This document shows positions 12,555 through 23,500 of a DNA stretch of 64,000 nt, piece after piece. Positions within the stretch are counted from its first letter, which is position 1. Each line of letters starts with the position of its first letter. The translations under genes were made by a program, and so were the position numbers. The notes under the pieces were generated by a model. It was given only the letters and a program-made list of their open reading frames with translations, did not search any database and was not told where the DNA came from. Origin of the DNA: Mobula hypostoma (lineage: Eukaryota); assembly GCF_963921235.1 (NCBI RefSeq), contig NC_086097.1, forward strand, positions 166,534,001-166,598,000, in the 5' to 3' direction.

Positions 12555-13275
12555 GAACATAGAACAGAACAGTACAGGCCCTTCGACCCACAATGTTGTG
12601 CCGACTCTTAAACCCTGCCTCCCGTATAACTCCCCCACCTTAAATTCCTCCATATTCCTGTCTAGTAGACTCTTAAATTTCACTAGTGTATCTGCCTCCA
12701 CCACTGGCTCAGGCAGTGCATTCCACGCACCAACCACTCTCTGAGTGAAAAATCTTCCTCTAATAACCCCCTTAAACTTCCCACCCTTTACCTTAAAGCC
12801 ATGTCCTCTTGTATTGAGCAGTGGTGCCCTGGGGAAGAGGCGCTGGCTATCCACTCTATCTATTCCTCTTATTATCTTATACATCTCTATCATATCTCCT
12901 CTCATCCTCCTTCTCTCCAGAGAGTAAAGCCTGAGCTTCTTTAATCTCTGATCATAAACCATACTGTCTAAACTAGGCAGCATCCTGGTAAATCTCCTTT
13001 CCAGTGCTTCCACATCCTTCCTATAGTGAGGCAACCAGAACTGGACACAGTACTCCAAGTGTGGCCTAACCAGTTTTATAGAGCTGCATCATTACCCCGC
13101 AACTCTTAAACTCTGTCCCTTGACTTATGAAAGCTAACACCCCATAAGCTTTCTTAACTACCCTATCTACCTGTAAGACAACTTTCAGGGATCTGTGGAC
13201 ATGTAGCCTCAGATCCCTCTGCTCCTCCACACTACCAAGTATCCTGCCATTTACTTTGTACTCTGCCTTGGAGTA
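12555..13275 (-). mobile_element. CR1-type LINE 3' fragment
   Basis: ORF 12552..13058 EYCVQFWLPHYRKDVEALERRFTRMLP...RRMRGDMIEMYKIIRG; (gttctat)n tail. Confidence 0.9.
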
Positions 13276-13702
13276 AAGATTTCTCTTCTTTACTTAAATT
13301 GGCCAAATTATGTACACTGACATGTTTTGCTAATAATGCTGCTTTTTCAGTCAGTAACTGCTAACTTCTCCCCACCATATAAAAGCATCACGCTTTCTAA
13401 CCCCTGCCCCCATTTTCTATATCGATACCCTAAACATCCCCATCTGCATCTCTTTCCCAATGCGATCACAATACATTTTCTTTGCCCTTCTACTTTGATT
13501 ATAGTTTGAGCTCTTTCATATTATATGAAAGATGAATAGGAGTAACACTGCTTAACTTCTCTAAAAGCTTTATTCCACTCCTTCAGATCGCTTTTACATT
13601 CGTCCATCTACCAGAGATCAGCTTTCTTTTTATTATCTCTCAATGTTCTGAGGATTGATTCTTTAGTTATGGAGTAAACCTCCAACAACACACTGCACTG
13701 AC

Positions 13703-13764
13703 CGCAACCCCAGCGCACTTGTCTGCGTCTGCGCGGATACCGGATGAAGGAGGCAATGTGTCAT
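13703..13764 (-). CDS. Putative first coding exon of unidentified divergent gene (MTHCLLHPVSAQTQTSALGL[R])
   Basis: ATG at 13764 in the CpG island, donor CG|GTCAGT at 13702. The phase-2 end fits the 4312-4446 exon. Kozak context is weak, so this could be a 5'UTR exon. Confidence 0.4.
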
Positions 13765-13791
13765 CGAAGAATCCGCCGAAAACTTTTTGCG

Positions 13792-13868
13792 CGCTTGCGC
13801 GGTAGATGGACTACCGGCAGATGTACGCTTGCGCGGTAGATGGATTACTGGCAGATGTACGCTTGCGC
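13792..13868. repeat. 34-bp tandem repeat (about 2.3 copies) in the promoter
   Basis: cgcttgcgcggtagatggactaccggcagatgta at 13792-13825, again at 13826-13859 (2 mismatches), then a partial third copy. Confidence 0.9.
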
Positions 13869-14086
13869 GATTTGCTGGGACTCGCAGTGCAGTTGCTTTG
13901 CGCTTGCGTACTCCTGCGTCGGTCTGTCGTTAATAATTCACACGTCGTTGCGTCAAACAACAAACACTGGGTGGTTGAGTGAAGGACAGGCAGTCAGGTT
14001 TATTCTGGTTGGTAGGACGAGTTATCTGGTTGTTTTGTCCACATACCGTTTTATTTTTTAAGCGGTCCATCTAGGAGAAAGACAAG

Positions 14087-14139
14087 ATGGCTCAAAAGAT
14101 AAACGAGGCGCTGGAACACATAGCGGCCGCCGAGAAATG
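14087..14139 (+). CDS. NAPG: NAPG exon 1 (MAQKINEALEHIAAAEK)
   Basis: AAGATGG start, donor TG|GTAAGC. Confidence 0.96.
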
Positions 14140-17100
14140 GTAAGCAAGTCAATTTTTTTTGCCGGTGAATGTTGGACTATTACTGTCCCTTAGAATTAGA
14201 GGCGGTTTTAAGTGCTTCACCTCAACCTGAGAGACCCGCAGACGCCGGCCTGGCCACCTCTGTGTGGGCGCGGGGTATTCCTGGGATTTGTAGTCTTTTT
14301 GATCAGGTGTCACTCTCAGGGGAGTGAGTTTGCACTACAACTCCCATGATGTTCTGCGAGGAAGCTTGCAAGCCCTTGCCTGCGCCGTCTCTATTAATTG
14401 GATGAAGTAGATTGTACGTTCATCTGGTGAGCGCCGCTAGTGTTGCAATACCACTTTTGGGATGAGCAGGATTGTTGCAATGACCCTCTGTGTAAAATTG
14501 GATATAAGCAAGGCTCTCCAGCCGGTTTCATAAAAGTTTGCCACAATTGCTTTTGTACTCTTTCTCGATTAATAGTGACAAGGGCCCTATAAGATCTTTT
14601 CTGTTGAGTTCCTACTTTTACCTTAAACAAACGAAATGAAAAAATTCGACCCCTCGCACTCTTCCATCGTTAAGTGCTTATTAATAATCTTGTACTTCGG
14701 CATCACTCTTCTATGCATACTCTCTTGCATCTTGATTCTCTTACATTCTAAGTTCCTATTGATTTTTTCCATGAAAATATTTGGTGATTAACTTCTGCAA
14801 GTATACTCCACAGCCATTTTGGTAGACAAAACCAGTGATTCAATTGCTTCTGGGTAAAACAACGTATCCTTGTCTTGAATGCCTTTTTATTTTGAGCTGT
14901 TGAACTCTCCGGTTCTGGACATGCCAGAGAATTTTGCATCTATCCTTTCAACCCCGTAAGATATTTGTATAGCTCAATGAGACTGACTTTTCTTCCACTA
15001 AAGTAAGTAATATAGAGTTGGGTTTATTTGGTTTCTATCATAAGACATAACTGCCAACCCAGGAATTAACCTGGTGAGCCTAATGTGGGCAGTATGCTAT
15101 GGTGGTTAAAGATAGCAATATTTTAGATATGAGCCTAGCAGGGTCCTGCAGCATAACTGAAACAAAATATCTCTACACAAATTCTCATGACATAAATATC
15201 AATGCATCATTTGGCTTCTTGAGTCATTAAATGTTAATATGCTGGTAGAGTAACCAATCATGTTGAAGGATAACTGACCACCAAGGCTTTCAATTTTTCA
15301 CCATTTAAGAATAATGTCTATTCATTTTCTCTAACAAGGATGATATCCTCATTTTTCAAGTTATCTTCATCTTCCCTTTCACCTCCCCAACATCTACATG
15401 AAATGTTTCTGCTGGAAAGCGGCATCCATTATCAGGGACATCCCACTATCCAGGCCATGCTGTTATTGATGTTGCTATTAGGGAGGTGGTACAGGATCTT
15501 CAGGGCTCACACCACCAAGTTCAGGAGCAGTTATTATCCCTCAACCATCAGGCTCTAGAACCAGAGAGGATGACTTCACTCAACGTCATTCACTCCATCA
15601 CTGAACTATTCCCACTACTTACAAACTCACTTTCAAAAACTTCATCTCATGTTCTCGAAATTTATTATTTATTTATTTACTATTATGTTTTCTTTTGTAT
15701 TTGAACAGTTGTCTTTTACACATTGGTTGCCTGCTTTGTTGGATGCAGTCTTCCTCTTAGGGTCATTGCACTTAATTGAGTACACCCACAAGAAAACAAA
15801 TCTCAGGGTTGTTTTTAGTGACAAATGTACTTTGATAATAAATTTTCTTTGAACTTAGCACATCTCCATCTCCTGACACTTGGTTAAATCTAGTATATCA
15901 GATATCCCAGTTCCCAAATCCCACACCCATTAGTTCATAATGGTTTTCCTCATTCTTCCTTCATTTTACCTTTTTTCAGTCAAACATTTACTAATTTACA
16001 TCTTTCTAGAGTTTGTTTGCCATATTTTTAAATTTGAACGGATGAGGGTGAGTCCTGGGCTGGATCTCTTGCTCACTTAAAGAAGGTGAAGTGTCTTACA
16101 TAGCCTCTCCTTTCCAGGTGTAGTGATTGCCGCAGGACCACTGTTTGGCTTGCCATGCAGGAGGTCACTTGCATATGGCATCTCCTACACTACTGTACCC
16201 ATAGTAACACCTTCACTGTTACTGTTCTTACTGAGTTTGCTGTGTTATGGCGTGACCAAGTGTCCAGAGGTATAACTGGGCAGGCAGGCTTGGCTGGCAG
16301 CCAGCCTATGAGAAGGACAACTCCAATTCCAAACCCAAGTAGATGGGACCAGTTAGAAGGGGCGTAATGACCGGTCCTCTACAGTCACTCCTGAGGACTC
16401 TTCTTCCTCCTGATGTTTGCAAGCAAAGAACCAGCCATCATCATCATCATCATCAACAAATTTCGTATCATCTGCAAATTTTGAAATTATTTGTTACACC
16501 AGTTCAGATCTTTAATAAATTTCAAAGAGTTTTGGGAATGATAAGGGTTATAATATGAAGAATGTTTGATGGCTCTGGTTCTGTACTTGCTGGAATTTAG
16601 ATGGATGGGGGGGGAATCTCAATGAAACCTTTTGAATGTTAAAAAGCCTAGACAGACTAGATGTCGAAGTGATGTTTTCCATGGTGGAGGAGTCGAGGAC
16701 AAGAGGGCACTGCCTCAGGATAGAGGGGCATCCATTTAAAACAAAGATGTGGAGAAAATTCTTTAGCCAGAGGGTGGTGAATTTGTGGAATTCATTACCA
16801 CAGGCAGCTGTGGAAGCCAGGTCATGGGGTGTATTTAAGGCAGAGATTGATAGGCTCTTGGTTGGACACGGCATCAAAGATTACGAGGAGAAGGCTGGGG
16901 AATGGGGTTGAGGAGGGGCGAGAAAAGGATCAGCTATGATTGAATAGCAGAGCAGACACGATGGGCCGAATGGCCTAATCCTGCTTCTGTGTCTTGTAGT
17001 CTTATGGAATTGTATCTAGCGTGTCTATTCAATGTAATGTATTTAGTCTAATCCAAATTTGTTTTTGAGCCTGTGAAAATATATTAATGCAATTTTTAAT

Positions 17101-20100
17101 ATTGATTGTTTTAATTCCAGTCTGAAAACCAGCTTTTTAAAATGGAAGCCTGATTATGATGGTGCAGCATCTGAATATGGAAAGGCAGGTAAGGAAAAGT
17201 GTCCACTGTAGCAGTAATTCGTGGGTTTTCAGATTGAGTTTATCAGAAACTTGTGTTTTTAATTATTTTACAATGAAAGTTGTATGTTGTTATTCCTAAT
17301 AATACATGTACTTAAATCTAAAATGCTTGATTGTTGAGATCATGATAGTTTAATATAATTTCCAGTACACAAGTGTAAAGGAGAAAGAAATAATCGTTAC
17401 CCTGGTTACAATGTAGCACAAAAAAATCCCAATAAGATAAAGAACGCAATAATAAAAAAACTACAATCTATAAATATACAAGATAGCTTGTATGCATAAA
17501 TGAAATGAAGTACCTTTATTGTCATTGCATAGTACAATTTGTCATGTACGAATACAGCAAAAATGAGTTTGCAACTCTCGTACTCAATGCTATAAAACAA
17601 CAAATAAAATAAATAAACAATAAATAAAATCAAGTAACCAGCCAGTACACGCAATGTCCAGCAGTACAAAAGTGCAACTCAGATGCATGACAGCCATAAA
17701 ACCAGTATTAAAAGTAGCAATATAACAATTTATGGATGATGCTTGATCGATTGGTTCAGAGCAATTATAGCTCTGAGGAAAAAGCTATTTTTCAGTCTGG
17801 AAGTGCGGGTATAGAAAATCTTATAACGTCTGCCAGATGGAAGAAGTTCAAACAGATGATTGCATGGGTATGTATTGTCCTTACAGATGCTTGTAGCTTT
17901 CCTTAGGCAGCATGAGCAATAGGTGTCCTCCAGGGCTGGGAGCTGTGTCCTGATGATCTTCTGTGTGCTAGAGACAACCCGCTGAAGTGCTTTACTATCA
18001 GCTGGTGTACAACTGAGATACCACACAGGGATGCAGTATGTTAAGATGCTCTCTATGGTGCAGTGGTAAAAGGTCACCAGCAAATTGATTGTATGTCCAT
18101 AAAGTGACACTAGGCACGATAGTATCAGAACATAAAGTGGCTAACAGAAAATGATACATTAGTGGTGGTTGGGCATGTGGAGGGTGGGTTATTGACTGGA
18201 GGTGTTGATCAGCCTCACTGCTTGGGGAAAGTAACTGTTTTAGAGTGTGGTGGTGCTGGCGTGGATGCTTCCTGATGAGAGTGGGACAAACAGACTATGT
18301 TGGGTTGGTGGGGACCTTCATAAGGTTACTGGCCCTTTTCCGGCACCTTTCTGTATATGTGCCATTGCTGGTGGGTAGGCCGGTGCTAGGGATGCGTTGG
18401 ATAGTTTTGACTGTCCGTTGTAGAGCCTTCCTGTCCGTCACAGAGCAGTTTGCGTACTGTGCAGTGATGTAGCACGTTAGGATGGTCTCTATTGCCCATA
18501 TATAGAATGACATGAGCGAGTATAGATCTCTTCAGTCTCCTCAGAATGTAGAGGCAGTGGTGTGTTTTCCTGATTGTGTGGAACCACGAAAGTCTGTGTG
18601 AGATGTGTGTTCCCAGGAGTCTGAAACCCCTGCAGTTTCCACTGCTGTGCCGCTGATGTAAAGAGTGGTCTGATGTCAACAATTTAAAATCGACAATTCT
18701 GTTAAAACATTTCTATTAAGGATTGTTTAGAATTAAGGGTTATGGGGAAAAGGCAGGTAGGTGGAGATGAGTCCACAGCCATATTTTATTGAATGGCGGA
18801 GCAGGCTCGTCGGGCCAGGTGGCCTACTCCTGCTCCTATTTCTTATGTTCTTATGAATTGAAAATCATTTTGTTGTAATAAAACAAGTATTACTTTGTAG
18901 TTACTAATCTACATAGAACATAGAAATCTACAACACAGTACAGGCCCTTCGGCCCACAATGTTGTGCTGATCATGTAACCTACTCTAGAAACTGCCTAGA
19001 ATTTCCCTATCATATAGCCCTCTATTTTTCTAAGCTCCATGTACCTATCTAAGAGTCCCTTAAAAGACCCCACTGTATCCACCACCACCGTTGCTGGCAG
19101 CCCATTCCATGCACTCACCATGCTCTGCGTAAGAAAAAAAAATTACCCCCGACATCGCCTCTGTACCTACTTAGATCTAAGCACCTTAAAACTGTGCCCT
19201 CTTGTGTTGGCCATTTCACCATTTTCTGTGTGAAAAACTTAACCCGACTTCCCCTCACCTAAAAGCTACGCCTCTTCTAATTTGTATAGTTTGCACAAAA
19301 TGTTCTACCATTCTTTGACAATTAGTTGCAGGAACTTTTTAAAAATGAAGTTCTGTCTGTGAACAAAAGTGCATTGTTGAACCCTAAACTTAGGTGGCCA
19401 TTCCTACTTCAGCTGTTTTATTTCCTTGAGAACCACACTAATTTAATTAAATGGTGAAAATTGTCTTATTTTAGATTTCTGGTCTTTTTTTTGTTCAGGA
19501 TAAATCTATTAGCTGGATTATACATGCCGTAATAAAGCCTGAAAACAGAATCGTACTGCAATTTAAGGGTTTTGTGATTGCATCATTGTTTTTGTATTTC
19601 AGAAGAGTTAATTGACGTATATATTTTATTTCTGAATGACAATAATGCCATGCTGGTTCTCCATAAATTTAAATGACCTAGACCGCTAATACTTCAGCTT
19701 AAAGTTGGTGTTTGAGTCTGCAAATTTTTCTTGTAAATTTAAGATGACATTGTGTTACATACCCCATAACTGGGTTGTCAAACCAGCAGAAATGGAACAC
19801 TGGTTGGCGTCTGTGATTACTAGGAACTAATAAAGTTTTATTAAAGAAATAAGTAATACAGTACACTAACTGCAAGGATATAAATGTAACAGGTTAACAA
19901 TGATAGTATACACATATACACAGAAATAGGGTAATAGGAATCAACCAAGCTCCATCGCAGTCTAGGGGTAAAATGATCAGTCTTAAGGTGAAACAGAGTT
20001 CAGTTCGGTCTAGTGTAGTTCGAAGTAATCGCTGTTGTTGTACCGCTGGGTTGGGGGGGGAGGGGAGAGAGAGAGAGAGATACAGTTAGTTTCAGACAAA

Positions 20101-20472
20101 CCTTTCGATGCCTTCTGATTCCGCTGTGGTCACCGACTGTGACCCCTCCGTTCCAGATGCGATCGGTGAACCCGGCACCCAGGCAAGGGCGGACACACAC
20201 CAGGTTCCCACCGATCGTACCTTTACACCCTGTGAGCCTCTGACCGATTCCCGCGAATCAGTCCTCCAAACTCCCACCAACCTGTGGGGCACAATGCTCT
20301 TTCCAGGGTCTCGTGGCGTGTGTCCCGTGCCTTTGCAAACCCGCTATTTTTATTCCCCCTGATGGGGTATCACCTGTCCATCAAACTTCACACTTCCTAT
20401 GGTCTCAGCAGGATTTGTTAGTGAACAGTTCAGGTTCAAAGCAAACTGTCTGTGGCAGGCGCCACATACTGA

Positions 20473-20507
<35 letters not shown>

Positions 20508-23500
20508 CCCTCTCCCCTCTCCCCTCTCCCCTCTCCCCTCTCCCCTCTCCCCTCTCCCCTCTCCCCTCTCCCCTCTCCCATCATTTTGAGTGGTTCTCCG
20601 TTGTCTCTCGTTATCTCTCTCATTAGCATCATCCATTCTGCAGCTCTGCTTGGCTTCACACATGACATTTTAAGATGACATTGTTAATATGTGAAAGGAA
20701 ATATTGTGATGAAAAGCACAACGTAGCATATTTTTGAATTAAGCCACTTAATAATTTGAGATTGTAGGTATACAACATAACATCCTTGCTTAAATATGGA
20801 GGCCAATAGTGAGTACCTGACCCATATAATTAAAGCATAATCTCTGTTCATTTCTTCCCTTGCAATAAGCTGTAACATTCTGTAGCTTTCCTAATTATTC
20901 CTAGACAGGCTGAAAAACATTAAAATGTGAAGAAGACCATGATGCCTCTTGAAAAATAAATGTGAAATCATTAAACATGAGAGAGTTCAGAAGCTGGCTG
21001 CCTCCCATCCTGAAGATTCTTCAGAAGAGGCTGGGAGATTGCTTAAGATTGGCAATGTTTCCTGACCCCAGAGAACTGGCTGGCATCAATTTCTCCCAGT
21101 TCAGAAATACAAGAGACTGCAGATGCTGGAACTTGGAGCAAATAATGAACTGCAGGAGTAACACACAAAATGCTGAAGGAACTCAGCAGGTGGGCTGCAT
21201 CTATGGAAAGGATTAAGCAGTTAATATTTTGGGTAGAGACCCTCTTGATGAAAGGTTTTGGCCCAAAACGTCAACTGTTTATTCCTTTCCATGGATGCTG
21301 TCTGACCTGCAGAGTTCCTCCTGCATTTTGTGTGTGTTATTCTGGATTTCCAGCATCTATGGACTCTCTTGTGTTTATGATTAGCTGCTGAAGTAATTTT
21401 AGTTAGCCAAAATCTGTGTAGAGGAAAATTGACAGTTGGCATCTTGCATCAAGACCCTTCACGTAGACTTCATTGGCCCAGATAAACATTCTTGACCTGA
21501 AATGTCAACTGTCCATTTCCTATTACAGATGCTGTCTGGCACATTGAGTATCTCCAGAAGCTCATTCTTTTGCTTCAGATTATTCCTGTTTTGTGTCAGT
21601 TAAAACTCTTGTCCTATTTGAGATGCATGAGAGGTTGTTTTCCAGGGTTTTGTATTGCTGTGGTGTGTGTTGGGTGGGGGAGGGAGGCTGGATTAAATTA
21701 CTTGCTTCTATATTTTTTTAAATTCCTATTCCTCTCCACAAGGTACCCAAATAAAGTAGGATCCTTTTCTTTTTTTCGCATGTAACTCCCTCTTGTATTT
21801 ATTTTGCTACAGCTATTGCATTTAAAAATGCAAAGCAGTATGATCAAGCTAAGGATGCCTTCCTAAAAGAAGCCGAATCACATCAGAACAACAGAGCGTA
21901 TCCTTTTATCACGTTATCAGATAAATGACAGTTCTTCTCTGAAGGAAACCACTTCTTGATTCTTTATCCAGCATATCTTAAACTAATTCTTGCAAACATG
22001 CTATGAGGCTGTTTTAGTCAATGAGAAGTTAAGTTGTCAGAAGATGTTATGGATTCTTTTGTCTGGTACATAACTAGTTGAAATCTTGTGAGGGGACTCC
22101 TGCCTTTCCACTGTTAAGTATTTGGGAGGGTTGATTTGTGAGATGTTTTTCTGAGATAGTTTCCTCTGGGTGGAGAACTAGGGGATTGTTCTTGGGAGAA
22201 GATTAATATTTTCATTTTTAGAATTATGTAGTCCTGAACAGTGTAGATACTCTGTTATTGAATGTAGTCAAAATTGGGGTAAATAGAATTTTGTGCTCTA
22301 AGGAATCGAGGGATAGGAAGGAAAAATTGGAGTTGACTTAGAAGATCAGTTGTGATCTTACTAAGTTCTGAATCAGCCTCAGAGGCCATTAGACTTGCTA
22401 TTTTTCCATATGTTTATATAAAACTGCAGAGAAGAATTATGTAAATATTTGATCGCTATTTCCACTGAAATAGACTACTTCATTATATGTTTTTGAGTGT
22501 AGTTGGTTAGATTTTGTACTTATAAAGTTTCAAATTTAGTTTTTAGTTGGTCATCCTTGGGGTTTTTGGTGGTGAGACATTTTATTTACATTGCCAATGC
22601 CATTTGGAACCGTTTGGCGTTTCTCTGATTTTCAGTTGGATTTGTCAGACTTTGCTCAGTTATTGTACTTTGCCCTTGAATTGGAAGACAGTCCATTCCA
22701 GTAAATTAAGCATATAACCAGAAGCAAAATGCTGCAAATGCTGGAAACCTGAATTACAAGCAAAACCTGTTGGAAATCAGAAGAGAGAAGCAATTAGTAT
22801 TTTATTGTAAAGACCTTTAGTAAAACACAAGTCTGAGTCAGAGTAATGCAACACAGAAGCAGGTCATTCAAGCCAACTCATCCATAGCTTTTTCCTATCC
22901 ATGTCTTTTAAGTGTTGTATCATGCCTGCCTCAACCACTTCCTCTGGTAGCAAATTTTATCAGTTTCAAAGTATATGTATACTGAATACAACCCTGAGAT
23001 TAGTCTTCCTATAGGCAGCCACGAAACAGAAATACTGTAGAACCTGTCTAAACGAAAAGCCCCACACTCAGAGTACCCTCTGTGATGAAGTTGCTCCTTG
23101 GGTTCCTTTTACATCCTTCCTCTCTTATACCCTAAACACGAGGGATTCTGCAGATGCTAGAAATTCAAGCAACACACATCAAAGTTGCTGGTGAACGCAG
23201 CAGGCCAGGCAGCATCTCTAGGAAGAGGTACAGTTGATGTTTCGGGCCGAGACCCTTCGTCACTGAAGGAAGAGCTAGTAAGAGATTTGAAAGTGGGACG
23301 GGGAGAGGGAGATCCAAAATGATAGGAGAAGACAGGAGGGGGAGGGATGGAGCCAAGAGCTGGACAGGTGATTGGCAAAAGGGATATGAGAGGATCATGG
23401 GACAGGAGGCCTAGGGAGAAGGAAAAGGGGGAGGTGGGGAAAAAACCCAGAGGATGGGCAAGGGCTATAGTCAGAGGGAGAAAAAGGAGAGAGAGAGAGA

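Larger units (their letters stand above)
7380..13520 (-). mobile_element. Old fragmented Nimb/I-clade LINE hosting several younger insertions
   Basis: RT fragment (YQSGFHKRRMIMDSVLSLE...LVAVLFGVETVYDILW), RNase H fragment (FTPEMLTIILALEWVEEICPDYVLVCSD), C-terminal HVLFECSSYEVQRKYL zinc-knuckle region, and an I/Nimb-like 3' end (cagtaggtagc...ctgccaaccgccattaaac). The 5' extent is uncertain. Confidence 0.7.
13690..14400. promoter_or_regulatory. CpG-island promoter of NAPG, probably bidirectional
   Basis: Local CpG enrichment. NRF1-like GCGCTTGCGC repeats at 13791-13868. YY1-like CAAGATGGC over the NAPG ATG. Two oppositely oriented ZNF143/SBS motifs ACTACAnnTCCCA at 14282-14294 (minus) and 14334-14346 (plus). 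Confidence 0.8.

Noticed and set aside
12373..13520. Extra exons of the divergent gene
   Set aside because: No paired splice sites found; the remnants are better explained as decayed Nimb LINE flanking a CR1 insertion.
13733..13740. Second U12 donor (GTATCCGC on the minus strand)
   Set aside because: Lacks the TT of GTATCCTT, and no matching U12 branch site was seen before the next candidate exon.
13792..13868. CRISPR-like array
   Set aside because: Head-to-tail repeat without spacers in a vertebrate promoter.
20313..20678. Overlapping ORFs with CVCV, SPLP and GERG repeats
   Set aside because: Artefacts of the (TG)n and (CCCCTCT)n microsatellites.
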